Source: Eledone cirrhosa (taxonomy: Eukaryota). From it: 64,000 nucleotides of DNA. A program made the translations under genes and the position numbers. The DNA is taken from positions 1-64,000 of the forward strand of contig CAXHJY010001043.1 in the NCBI GenBank assembly GCA_964016885.1, read 5' to 3'. Below the pieces are notes generated by a model. The model saw only the letters and a program-made list of their open reading frames with translations, had not been told where the DNA came from and did not search any database. Positions 52,217 through 64,000 of this stretch are shown here, in pieces (within the stretch, counting starts at the first letter, position 1; each line of letters opens with the position of its first letter).

Positions 52217-54431
52217 GACTCCCACTCTTACCTCGACTTCACCTCTTCCCACCCCACCCACACTAAACTCTCCATTCCCTACTCCCAACTTCTCAGGATC
52301 CGCCGCCTCTGTAGCCGAGATGCTGACTTCGAGTCCCAGGCCCTTTCCCTAGTCAGCTATTTCATCCGCAGAGGTTACCTCCCCTCTCTCGTCCACACCG
52401 CTCTCACCCGCGCCCGTGCTATCCCCCGCTCCACCACCCTCACCCCACGCCACCGCACACCCACCCACCGTCTCCCCTTCCCCCGCACCATCCGCCGCCT
52501 CTTCCGACACCTCCAGTCCGACCCCTCCACCTCCCACATCTTCCCAACCCCACCACTCCCCTCCTTCAAACGCGCACGCAATCTCCGCACCCTCCTCGTC
52601 CACAGCTCCCTACCCCCCCCCCCGGTTCCTTCCCCTGTTCTAGGCCCGGCTGGAACACCTGTCCCCACATCACCAACACCACCACCTTCCAGGGTCCCAA
52701 CGGCCACCCTCTCTCGGTCCGGCATGCCTTCCGCTGCACCTCCTCCAACCTAGTCTACGGACTTCGTTGCACGAGGTGCAGCGCGACTTATGTCGGACAG
52801 ACGGGACGCCGCCTGGCGGACCGAGTCACGGAGCACCTCCGGGACATTCGTCTCGGGGGCAGTTCCCCCATCGCCCGCCACTTTGGTGGCCCTGGACACT
52901 CCGCACGCCATCTCACAGTCTGTGGCCTACTCCAGTGCCACGGAACACCCGCCCATCGCCTTACGGTCGAACAACGTACTATCTTCATCCTTCAGACCCA
53001 CACTCCCCCCGGCCTGAACTCCCCACCCTTATTCCTTTAGCGTTCGACCGCCCCCTCCCCCACACTTATCCCCCACTAACACACCCCTCCTTTTCACCGC
53101 CCACCCCACACTAACAATACTAACACCTCCACTCCACCCCTCATCTGACCACCCTTCCCCAACTAACATACTAACATCCCTTCCCTCCCCTCTTCTCCTC
53201 CTCCCCCCTCCTTATCACACGCACCCACTTACACCACCCACCCCACACGCAACTAACATCACTAACAACCTCCAACCCCACGCACACGTACCCACACACC
53301 CTCGTACACCACCAACTCTACACACCCTACCCCCACTCACACCTGCATTCCACCCCTCCCCACCTCCCGTATACTAACACCCACTAACACCTCTCCACCA
53401 AACTACACACACACCAGTACACCACACTCCCTCCATAGAACCACACACACTCTTCTCTCCCCACTCCACACTCACTCATCCCACTAACACCCCTACTAAT
53501 ACACACACACACACCCTCCTCACTCCAACTCTCACACCTACCCATCCTCGCCTCCCTACCATTCCGCCGACTGCTGCTATGCCCTTCCGACCACTGTCTC
53601 AGCACCAACTGACCACAGCACTTCCACTGCTGACCACTTCCTGTTGCGTGCGCACCCCACATCTCTCCTCTTCCGACCACCGCTTCTTGGATTACCCACA
53701 CGCGTTTTGACTTCTAACCAAAATCTCCATACATCCGTGTAACTTACCACTTTCAACCATCCTCTTACACCATCACCTATATAACTCACCCACACACACA
53801 CCCCAAAACAATTTTTTTTATCCACACGCCACCCACACCCACAACACGCTTAAACCACACACACGTGCTTCCACCACATATTTACACCCTCAGCCCCCTG
53901 ATTCCTCTCCCCCCACCCCCCTATCCACACACGCACAGACCCTCCAACCCACATAAACCCCCCCCACACACACCTTCCTGAACATGCAACCCCGTTCTTC
54001 CCCCAACCCTCACTTTCACATACACACACACACACGCACACCACCTTCAGCCCTCCCCGCTCGGACACCCCGTCTCCCTCTCCCCACTCCACCCGCCACC
54101 ACCTCTACTCACCACACACCCTTCCACCACCTGTTTACCCCCCTTTTAATTTCAGTTTATTTTGATCATGCCTTTATTTTTAAATTTTCTCATTCCTTGT
54201 ATTTTGATCATGCTTTATTTTTATTTATTATTTATTATATTTTTGTCTTTATTTGTTAATTTTTCATTCGCACTGTTTCCTTTCGCTATATGTCTCTCCA
54301 CCACTCCCCTACACACCTTTTGAACTCTCACCTGAAGAAGGGCTTATGCCCGAAACGTCGTCCCCCACCTACCCCCCACTCTCCTGAGCGTGAATTTAAT
54401 AAACATTTATCGTACTGCCTCTCTGTTCTGT
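52215..54431 (+). mobile_element. Penelope-like retroelement, 5'-truncated (RT C-terminus, Cys linker, GIY-YIG endonuclease, C-rich 3' region, terminal repeat with hammerhead)
   Basis: TDSHSYLDFTSSHP...IPYSQLLRIRRLCS; after a poly-C frameshift (~52620) FRCTSSNLVYGLRCTRCSATYVGQTGRRLADRVTEH...PGLN, stop at 53040; (TA)n on both sides. Confidence 0.92.
54328..54362 (+). ncRNA. Minimal hammerhead ribozyme core in the Penelope-like terminal region
   Basis: CTGAAGA-a-GGGC ttat GCCC-GAAA-CGTC; stem I only ~2 bp. Confidence 0.72.
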
Positions 54432-54447
54432 CCCTGTTCAATTTTTC

Positions 54448-54505
<58 letters not shown>

Positions 54506-54509
<4 letters not shown>

Positions 54510-54937
54510 TTAGTGGTTTGAGCATTGGGCTTGCAATCGAAAAGGTTGTGAGTTCAATTCTCAGACCGGGTGATGTGTTGTTTCCTTGCGCAAGACACTT
54601 TATTTCACATTGCTCCAGTTTACCCGGCTGTAGAAATGAGATGAGAGGACTGGGGTCCCTATCATTCCACTGCAAAGTGGTCGTGGAGGTGCCGCGGCAA
54701 AAAAGCACCCAGCCCACACTGTAAAGTGGACATGTAGGCGCCACGGAAGAACAAGCACCAGCACTCACTGTAAATGAGGTTGGTGTTAGGAAGGGCATCC
54801 AGCTGTAGAAATCAAGCCAGAATCAGTTACCACATGAGCAAGACAAGGTCAGCTGACTGGACACTGCTCACAACAGGACAACCCGTCTAACCCATGCTAG
54901 CGTGGAAGAACGGACGTATGATGATGATGATGATGAT
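54506..54937 (+). mobile_element. Near full-length tRNA-derived SINE with RTE-type 3' end
   Basis: A and B boxes at 54506-54562; 3' ccatgctagcgtggaagaacggacgtatgatgatg. Confidence 0.88.
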
Positions 54938-55037
54938 AATATATATATATTTGTTTGAACAAATTAATCTGTTAAAATAATAAATATTTGCTCTGCAGCT
55001 TTGTAAATTATTGCATATAAATACACACACATGTATG

Positions 55038-55727
55038 TGTTATAGCTCTGGTTCATCTGAATCATTGAGCACTTGCCGCACATCTCGGAGGTTGTTTTTC
55101 GTTATTTCGTGGGCCGAAATGCAAATCTCGATAATTTATGTTTGTATTATTCTCCAGACTCTAGCTATTGACCAGTTAATTTTCTTGATTTTTTAGTTGA
55201 TTCTATTGACTGATGAATAGCTTATGTTAATTCTAACTCTTCTGTTGAGAACTCTATTCGATTTGTGATGTTTTTGCATTCTTGCAAAAATATACACAAC
55301 TGAATTCATTCGCCTGATATAGGGGTTGCCTCCCTTGCCGATCCCCACGTGGGGTCAGCAATAGTCAGTCCTTGTATTAACATTGAACTAAAACCTGTTG
55401 AGAAAGTGGCTTCCTTGTTCAATCATCTTACCAGAAGCCTGACATTATTTATGTAAGCGGACGGTACTTGATTTAGGAGCCGCAGAAACCCATATACTGG
55501 ATTTTACCAACCTTCCAGGGGTTCGGGTAAATTTTCAATACCCGAATTACTTGATCGTTTTTTTTGGCTATGCGAGTGATTGTTTAACCATCGTCTCAGT
55601 GTGTTTGGCCTTTAATGTTTGTTATAGCTCTGGTTCATCTGAATCATTGAGCACTTGCCGCACATCTCGGAGGTTGTTTTTCGTTATTTCGTGGGTCAAA
55701 ATGCGAATCTCGATAATTTATGTTTGT
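55038..55727. mobile_element. Element bounded by 108-bp direct repeats (55038-55145, 55620-55727)
   Basis: Near-identical repeats 582 bp apart, ending in (TA)n; family not identified. Confidence 0.65.
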
Positions 55728-56219
55728 TTATATATATATATATATAGACAACCTCTTGTCTCCACTACTCTAATGCTACTACCCAAACTTCTACAAACTC
55801 AAACTCAGCTGATATTTAGTCTCATTTGATTAAATAAACAAAGCCAATATATGTAAAGAAGAAATACAATCAATTGGTTCGATCGCAGAATAATATTAAG
55901 TAACAACAGATATGATATTATTACTATTATTATTAATCACATGGTGATGATGACAACAGTCATTTCCATCAGAATTTGAACACATATGAGACAAAGACAA
56001 CAGCGCACTGCAAGATTGTTAAATTTAGCAGTCTTCTTTCTTTCTCTCATTTAGCTTTAACTACACAGCAGTGAGGAAGAAATTAATTAGCCTAATTATA
56101 CAAAATTGTCTCTTGGGGAGAGTGAAAAAAGATATTTAGTGATCAAACTGTATATATTTGATTGATTTGGTAACTGTGTGAATCCTACATGATGATGGTT
56201 ATGGCAGTGATAGTGATGA

Positions 56220-56575
56220 CATCATCATCATCATCAACAACATCACTATTTAATGTCCATTTTTCCACCTTAGCATAGTCTAGATGAGTTGTCCAGTTGT
56301 GAGACAAGCCAGACCATGTCTTGCTCATACTGGACTGATTTGGGCTTGTTTTCTACAGATGGATACCCTTCCTAACACCAACCACATTTTCAGAACGGAC
56401 TGGGTGCTTTTTATCATGACACCTACGCGACCATTTTACAGTGTGAGCTGGGTGCTTTTTGACATGACACCTACATGAATACTTTACAGTGTGGACTCAG
56501 TGCTTTTAGCCATGACACCTACATGACCACTTTACAGTGTGGACTCGGTGCTTTTTGTCATGACACCTACATGAT
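56220..56575 (-). mobile_element. RTE-partner SINE with an internal ~45-bp tandem expansion (4 copies)
   Basis: (cat)n tail; repeated acagtgtggact.ggtgctttt..catgacacctaca. Confidence 0.78.
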
Positions 56576-56789
56576 TTCATTTATTTTACTACAAACAATA
56601 TTTAGGTACAAAGCCAGCAATTTTATGTGAGAGAAAAACCAATGAAATCAACCTCAGTAATTGACAGGGACATTATTTTATCGATTTCAAAAGGACAATA
56701 GACAAAACTATGTTTGTGGTGTATGTGTGTGTGTGTATATATACATATATATATACATATATATATGCCCCCACACCCCCCACCCCCCA

Positions 56790-57056
56790 CCGCAAGGTGG
56801 TCGTGGAGGTGCCACGGCAAAAAAAGCACCCAGCCCACACTGTAATGTGGACGTGTAGGCGCCACGAAAAAGCACCCAGCACTCACTGTAAATGAGATTG
56901 GTGTTAGGAAAGGCATCCAGCTGTAGAAATCAAGCCAGATCAGTTCCTGTATGAGCAAGGCATGGTCAGCCGACCAGACACTGCACACAACAGGACAACC
57001 CGTCTAACCCATGCTAGCGTGGAAGAACGGACGGAAAACGATGATGATGATGATGA
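56790..57056 (+). mobile_element. RTE-partner SINE 3' two-thirds
   Basis: Homologous to 54670-54937. Confidence 0.85.
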
Positions 57057-57196
57057 TATATATATCATTTACCTATTATTTCTTCATAAGTATATTTTAA
57101 ACTTATAGCCTCGTTTAAATGATTTTTTGTGTGGTTGATTTATGCTGATTGGGAGAAGAAATACTGTATATATTTTATCTAATGATTCTATGGACT

Positions 57197-57245
<49 letters not shown>

Positions 57246-57355
57246 TACATACAGAAATTGAGAGCTTTTGACAGACTGTAGCATTCACGTGACAGATAGA
57301 CAAAAAGGCTGTACAGTTATAAAAATGTAGATTGTAAAAAGAAATGTTTAAATAC

Positions 57356-57404
57356 CTCTGTTAAAGCATGGAGCTGACCTTCATGAACACACACACCCAT
57401 AAAT
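57356..57404 (-). CDS. TESK: TESK1/2-like kinase, first coding exon visible in window ((R)FMGVCVHEGQLHALTE)
   Basis: 49-nt exon flanked by ttatag acceptor and gtattt donor; peptide matches kinase subdomain IV-V of TESK1/2 (FMGVCVHQGQLHALTE). Confidence 0.93.
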
Positions 57405-57560
57405 CTATAAGAAGAAACAAATGGAAATTTAAATCATTAAATGAGAAAGATCTCTCATAGATTTTCCTAGTTTTCAAAAAAATCTACTACTCCTCACATC
57501 TGTCACTTTCATCCTTCCTATCCACATGACCCAACCATCTCCCCCATAGTAATAATAATA

Positions 57561-57848
57561 AATTTGAAAACTAAAATCCAAAGAGGGCTCGATAAGGATA
57601 AATATATATCAAATATATAAGAACCCTCAGAAGATCCCGTTAAGGGTGAAAGCAGCGATTCTTTGCTTAAACTTTAATCTGTTATTTTAATAAATTAATA
57701 TATATATATATATATTTATTAAAATAACAGATTAAAGTTTAAGCAAAGAATCGCTGCTTTCACCCTTAATGGGATCTTCTGAGGGTTCTTATATATTTGA
57801 TATATATTTATCCTTATCGAGCCCTCTTTGGATTTTAGTCTTCAAATT
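57561..57848. repeat. ~135-bp inverted repeat with a (TA)n spacer
   Basis: 57561-57695 vs 57713-57848 reverse complementary, ~2 mismatches. Confidence 0.92.
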
Positions 57849-57861
57849 AATATATATATAT

Positions 57862-58089
57862 ATAATAACTAGAAATTGATTAACATATAAATAAACATGA
57901 ATAATCACAGGAGATAATTTTTACAAGTGTGTAACAATATGATCAATCATATTATAAGGTATCTATTTTTGAAGTTCTGGTCAACTTTATTTAGTTACCT
58001 ACCTAGCTATGTGTGGTTACACACTTGTAAAAATTATCTCCTGTGATTATTCATGTTTATTTATATGTTAATCAATTTCTAGTTATTAT
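57862..58089. repeat. ~73-bp perfect inverted repeat with an 80-bp spacer
   Basis: 57862-57934 vs 58016-58089. Confidence 0.9.
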
Positions 58090-58267
58090 AAAATGCTCGG
58101 ACCTACTCGTTAGAATCTTAGAGCTTATTTTCCGGGTGATATGGCGCATGTCTTTCTGGCATGACGCCCATAATTTTGATTTAGATTAAATTCATTTAAT
58201 TTATCTTAATTTTGGATATAGATATATATATATTAATTTCATTTCACAACGTTTATAGCTGATTCTA

Positions 58268-58460
58268 TTATCCTCTGCAATTCATTCTTTGTCTTTTTCT
58301 CAGCAATACTCCACTCATCCACCTGACCATTCTCATTTCCATTCTTTCCAGCCTTCTCTGCTGCTCCACATTCATCAACCATGTTTCACTCCCATAAATC
58401 ATGTTACTTCTTAACACACCATTCAGTTCCTGAAATTTCTTCCATGCACATCTTGCTCTA
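58268..58460 (-). mobile_element. Old RTE RT fragment
   Basis: AWKKFQEL...MIYGSETW...LERMEMRMVRWM. Confidence 0.8.
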
Positions 58461-59319
58461 TATAGAAATAAAGTGGTTTCTGAAAAGTGAAAACCATACA
58501 ATTAGGATACAAAATTAACCATTTTGTTACAATATTTATAATGAAAAACATTTTGAAAATAATCAAGAATTATCTGATGTAAACAAAACAAAAGTTCTAA
58601 CATAAAATTACGATGAAAAGGTTTTAGATAAATATCATTTCAAAAAATTGTTTTGTATCATAGAACCAGGGGCTGTTTCAAGCAGTTTGATATCAAAAGG
58701 GTTAAAACTCCATAATGCACAACAGCTGTAAGGTTTAGCTTCTTGAAGTACTGACCATCAGGTCATAAGATCAAACCTTACTATAGCCCTTTTGTTTTGG
58801 CCCTGAACAAATACATAACTCTACTTACTCCAGTTTGCCTGCCTGATAAAAACACAGGTTATATCATTTTTACATCCTGGTTAAATAGTTATAGATTTGG
58901 GGGAGAGAGGCAGTCAGTTTTCAAAGTAATTTCTACTAAGAAAACATTGTCCTACTTATAAAAGCATGGAAAAACATGTCAACAACAACAAGCATTTTAT
59001 GGTGAATTTCCCTTGTGAGCCCAATGAGAGGATTAATCATTACAAAATCTTTGTTGAGGCAATGTTTTACAGCTGGATGCCCTTCTTGACAGCAACTGTT
59101 TTAGTTACCTCTTGTGAGACACACAAAGATGATGCACCTATTCTAAATTCAATACACATAGCAATATAGAAAAACAAATGTTAAATAGTAATAAAAGAAA
59201 TTTAAAATTCAGATATATATATTTTTTTATTTTGCTGCTAGACCATTGCATTATATCAAGGGCAGTGGGTTGGCAATGGGGTCAATAAAATAAACTACCA
59301 GTAAAGCACTAGAGTTGAT

Positions 59320-59541
59320 TTAACATTAGCATTTACATTATATATACTATTGAATTTTCATAGTAAAGGCTTTATCTCTCATAATTATCTCACATAATAT
59401 CAAATCTATGAGATTTTAATATTATTTATTTTGAGAACAATACCTTAACATCAGTATGAGTGGCCAGTTATGGCCGGTTTGAACAGAAAGAGGTGAGAGA
59501 ATTCTGGCCGGATTCAGCCGGTTTAAATTCTAATGGGTTAA
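59320..59541. mobile_element. piggyBac-type MITE A inserted in a Meta-like SINE
   Basis: TTAA flanks; homologous to 34358-34802 without the nested copy. Confidence 0.82.
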
Positions 59542-59669
59542 TCAACTTTTGCCTTCTCTTCAAATTGCTGGCCTTGTGACAAAAATAGAAATTTATATCA
59601 CACTCATTTTCATTTCAATCTTATAGTGATGGATCCTTCATTGATTTCAACAATGAGCATTTAGTCATT

Positions 59670-59800
59670 TGATCAACTATTGAGCTGGATGTGTACTGTG
59701 AACAGCTGGATAAATTAAATGCAACAGTCTGCCAGAAACATTCAGAACTTGCTAATTAAAAGAGTATTGTCTTTCATCAAGACAATGTCAGACTACACAA
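59670..59800 (+). pseudogene. mariner transposase remnant
   Basis: DVYCEQLDKLNATVCQKHSELAN*KSIVFHQDNVRLH resembles the mariner ...HDNARPH region around the second catalytic Asp. Confidence 0.75.
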
Positions 59801-60872
59801 TGTACAGTAAATGGTGTTAGGAAGGACGTCCAACAGTAGAAAATTAACCAACAAAGGGTTGAGAGGACTCTTCAGTTGTGTCATGGGTTGAACAACATCC
59901 TTAGTGTTGGTGTCACAATTAAACACACCCAGTACACTCTGTAAAGTACTGGACAGTAAGTAAGCAACATGCCTTTCCTCCCACCCAACTGCCAGAGAGG
60001 TTCATGGCTTCAATTAAGTCCGAACTTGGTTTGTGATGGCCTGCCCAAACCTTGCCAGCATGGAAAAAAAGACATTAGATGATGATGGTGACAATGATGA
60101 TTGTTGGTTTTGTATAAGTGTGGTGTTTGTTGTCTTTGTATATAAGTGGTGTGTCTACATATGTATGTACATATCGACATATGTACTTACATTTAATTAT
60201 TTAGACCAAGCACACTTCACTAACAACCCAGCAGCACATTTAAACAAAAAACAAAACTCATGTACAGTTTCTCCTACCAACTACTTGCACAAACACCATC
60301 CCTGCATCAATACCATCCTTCCATTACCAACCCTGCACCACAGCTAGCAACATCCTTATCAGCCCTGCACTACCACCAACATCAACCTTGCACTACTACC
60401 AACATATGTCCTACACCGCCATCAGCTTTACACCACCACCAACCCTGCACTATCACCTACCCTACACCACCACCACCACTACCAATGCCAGCCTACACCA
60501 CTACCATTGGCACCACCATTTCAGTGACACAAATTAACTGAAGGTCATTAAAAAAAATAAAACAGTTTATAAAAACATGGTTGACAGTCAACAGTGAAAA
60601 CAAGAAAAGGGAAAAACAAACAAAACAACCTAGAATAATGTATTTACTAGAGTTTTGTTATTTACTAAAATATAAACAAAACTACTTATATAACAACAAC
60701 ATCAACTGCTCTATATAATATTCTGGTATTTTGGCAATGTTTCAACCTAGATTTTGTGCCTGTTGAACAGAACAAACCAACCAGAAATAGATTAGAATAT
60801 TAGAATAGGTTACAACCTTTGAACATAAATTAATAAACATCTACCTTGTTTTTACAAGTTGTATGATCAAAA

Positions 60873-61772
60873 GGCAGAGGTGGACTGGCCCATACAGGCA
60901 TTTGGGCTGTACCTAGTGGGCTGGCAGAAATGGACTGGCCCATACAGGCATTTGGGCTGTACCTAGTGGGCTGGCAGAGGTGGACTGGCCCATACAGGCA
61001 TTTGGGCTGTACCTAGTGGGCTGGCAGAGGTGGACTGGACCATACAGGCATTTAGGCTGTACCTAGTGGGCTGGCAGAGGTGGACTGGCCCATACAGGCA
61101 TTTAGGCTGTACCTAGTGGGCTGGCAGAGGTGGACTGGCCCATACAGGCATTTGGGCTGTACCTAGTGGGCTGGCAGAGGTGGACTGGCCCATACAGGCA
61201 TTTGGGCTGTACCTAGTGGGCTGGCAGAGGTGGACTGGCCCATACAGGCATTTGGGCTGTACCTAGTGGGCTGGCAGAGGTGGACTGGCCCATACAGGCA
61301 TTTGGGCTGTACCTAGTAGGCTGGTTGAGGTGGACTGGCCCATACAGGCATTTGGGCTGTACCTAGTAGGCTGGTTGAGGTGGACTGGCCCATACAGGCA
61401 TTTGGGCTGTACCTAGTGGGCTGGTTGAGGTGGACTGGCCCATACAGGCATTTGGGCTGTACCTAGTGGGCTGGCAGAGGCAGACTGGACCATACAGGCA
61501 TTTAGGCTGTACTTAGTGGGTTGGCTGAAGTGACTGGCCCATACAGGCATTTGGGCTGTACCTAGTAGGCTGGTTGAGGTGGACTGGCCCATACAGGCAT
61601 TTGGGCTGTACCTAGTGGGCTGGCAGAGGCAGACTGGACCATACAGGCATTTAGGCTGTACTTAGTGGGTTGGCTGAAGTGACTGGCCCATACAGGCATT
61701 TGGGCTGTACCTAGTAGGCTGGTTGAGGTGGCTGGCCTATACAGGCATTTGGGCTGTACCTAGTGGGCTGGG
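60873..61772. repeat. 50-bp minisatellite, ~18 copies, at a transposon end
   Basis: Unit ggcagaggtggactggcccatacaggcatttgggctgtacctagtgggct. Confidence 0.97.
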
Positions 61773-62244
61773 TGAAAAACCAGCTAAAAATATGCCCCCA
61801 AAACCCTGAAGTCATAGCTGCTGCACAAAAATTGAAATCAAAATGGAATGCACCATAGTCGAATAGTGAAAACATGCCTCTGGCCCTTGACAATCACAGT
61901 CACTTGACAAACACTGAGCAATGAAAACATGTAGCTGGGCTTTGACAGTCACTTAGTATCACCTTAGATGAACAGTGAAAACATGCTTCAGACTCTCAGT
62001 AGTTCCTTAGTTAGTGTCATATTAACTGAGTAATGGAAACATGCCTCTGGCTCTCAGTAGTCACTTCGTCAGGGTCTCCTTAACTGAGCAATGAAAACAT
62101 ACTGTGTTATGCTTATAATGCTCTTAGGAAACACATGCTCATATACATCAACAATATGCTGCGTTACCATGGCGTACATAGTAAAATCAATACCCTTACT
62201 TTGGGAACAAACCTTGTACACATCAGAACACTATTTTTCAATGT

Positions 62245-62797
62245 TTAACCCATTTGATGTCAAATAACCTAAAGCCACACATGGTTCTATCATACAAAAT
62301 GCTTATTTTTAAGTGTTTACATTTCTCTTAAAACCTTCCACCATAATTTTATGTAAGAAACTTTGTTAACCCTTTAGCATTTAAACCAGCTGTATCCAGC
62401 CAGAATTCTCTCACTTTCTGTTTAAAACAGCCCTAACTGGCCACTTATACTGTCATTAAGGTATTGTTCTCAAAATAAACAATATCAAAATCTCATAGAT
62501 TCGATATTATGTGAGATTGTTTACTGTGAAAATACAATAATAAATATAGAGTAATGTAAATGGTAAAGGGTTAAGTTATGCTCTAAACACCAGCTTCATG
62601 AGGGTTTCTGATTTAGGCACATGGCCAACAATTTGGGAAGAGGGGAAAGTCGATTAAATCGACCCCAGTGTGTTACAGCTTAATAATGAGAAAGTTTGTT
62701 ATATTACTAAATCCCTCTAAATTCTTGATTATTTTCAAAATTATTTGAAAACCACAGGCAGTGTCTTTCATTAGAAATATGACAATAAAATGGTTAA
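62245..62797. mobile_element. piggyBac-type MITE B with nested MITE A (62366..62574) and a SINE fragment (~62600-62680)
   Basis: TTAA-flanked inner element; empty site ctttgttaagttatg present in the adjacent partial duplicate at ~62846. Confidence 0.8.
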
Positions 62798-64000
62798 GAG
62801 CTTATATTTATCTAAAACATTCCACCATAATTTTCTGTAAGAACCTTTGTTAAGTTATGTTCCAAACACCAGTTTAACAATTAGGAAGTTTATCATAATC
62901 CCTCCAAATTCTTGGTTATTTTCAAAATTATTCAAAAATTATAAAGTGTTTTTATTAGAAATATGATAAAAATGTATTCTGGTAAACAGATACAGCAATG
63001 TGTAAGCACAGGAATACAAACTACCTATTTCTTTAGCTGCTTGTTTATAAGTCTATGACCCTAACTACTAAGTCATCCATGCTTTCTTAAAGGTGTTGGT
63101 AAAATACTTAATGCAAAAATTAGATTCCTCATGTATTCTATATAGTTTTTTTCTGCCAGCAACTTGGCATTTGTATTTTGAGAAGAAATGTAAAAGTCAT
63201 TGTGTTCTCTCACTATTCTTTATTTAGTTTTAGAAGGAATGGTGGGGGAATTACATTGGTGCTTCTCACCAACAATCGTCATTGATCTTTCTTATAAAAT
63301 GATGTTAACCATGATTTCACTGATATTAATCAGAACTTCCCATATATGCTTTTTTGTTACCTTATTTCTAATGACAATCACTGCCTATGATTTTCAAATC
63401 TTTTTGAAAATAATCAAGAATTTGGGTGGATTTAATAATATAAACTAACTTTCTTGTCATTAATCTAGGATTAGGAAAATATCTTAATAAAGCTGTTTAT
63501 ATAAAACTAGCAGAGGTACCCGGTAATGCCCAGGTATTTTATGAAAATAATATATTTTGGCACATATTATAAAATATTTGACTGATAAAATAGGATTACT
63601 GTATTTTCACTGAAGTATGAATTATAGCAGAATTTTCATTGACACTTGTTCAATGCAAATCATCTAAATAAAAATATTAGTTTTGTCCAGTGGTGTTTTT
63701 TTGAATACTACTCCCTTTTATAGTCAGCATATATAATGCTTCGCTCATAGATAAATCCTTAGGTATGTTGTCAATATGATCAACTAAATCCTTTTCAGGT
63801 GGTGCTCCAACATGGCCACAGTCTAATGACTAAAACTAGTAAAAAGAATAACAGAAATAAAATATATATAATTACAACTAATCTCTGAATTGGGATTGAA
63901 CCAGCTGGAGTTGTGCACAACACACAGTCAATCCATACAAGTTAGTCTATCTTTTACAATCTTCCCTGGGGTTTATTAAAGCAGTCTTTACAGATCTGAT

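Noticed and set aside
54506-54570. tRNA gene (also 14385-14450 and 6500-6570)
   Set aside because: A/B boxes belong to SINE heads that continue into SINE bodies; no complete cloverleaf
60873-61772. 50-bp array as CRISPR-like
   Set aside because: No variable spacers; plain minisatellite
63507-63545. Helitron/Helentron-like start (actagcagaggtacccggtaatgcccagg)
   Set aside because: Only a short motif resemblance; other end not identifiable
57405-64000. TESK N-terminal exons (GxGxxS, VMVLK, HPNIL)
   Set aside because: Not found by eye; probably beyond the window, though a short exon could have been missed

Overview
AT-rich, repeat-dense animal genomic DNA. The SINE/LINE repertoire and long (TA)n tracts look like octopus/coleoid cephalopod DNA, which is an inference. 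One host gene can be supported: a TESK1/2 (Drosophila cdi-like) dual-specificity kinase on the minus strand. I traced eight coding exons (57404 to 27678) with GT-AG boundaries and consistent phases; the N-terminal exons appear to lie beyond the right edge. The rest is mobile and repetitive DNA: several copies of an RTE-clade LINE with a C4HC3 PHD-type finger inside the RT region, partner SINEs sharing its 3' end, a 5'-truncated Penelope-like element (GIY-YIG), piggyBac/hAT/pogo-type MITEs (some nested), CR1 and mariner remnants, and tandem arrays. Three signals stand out. (1) Several sequence-unrelated minimal hammerhead-ribozyme motifs, mostly inside short (TA)n-embedded non-coding elements, several of which are fold-backs. 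(2) A ~12-kb, 54-bp-unit satellite that grew out of one SINE copy and fills the intron splitting the kinase catalytic loop. (3) Two different minisatellites born from the same transposon end. All coordinates were read by eye, and repeat boundaries are approximate.
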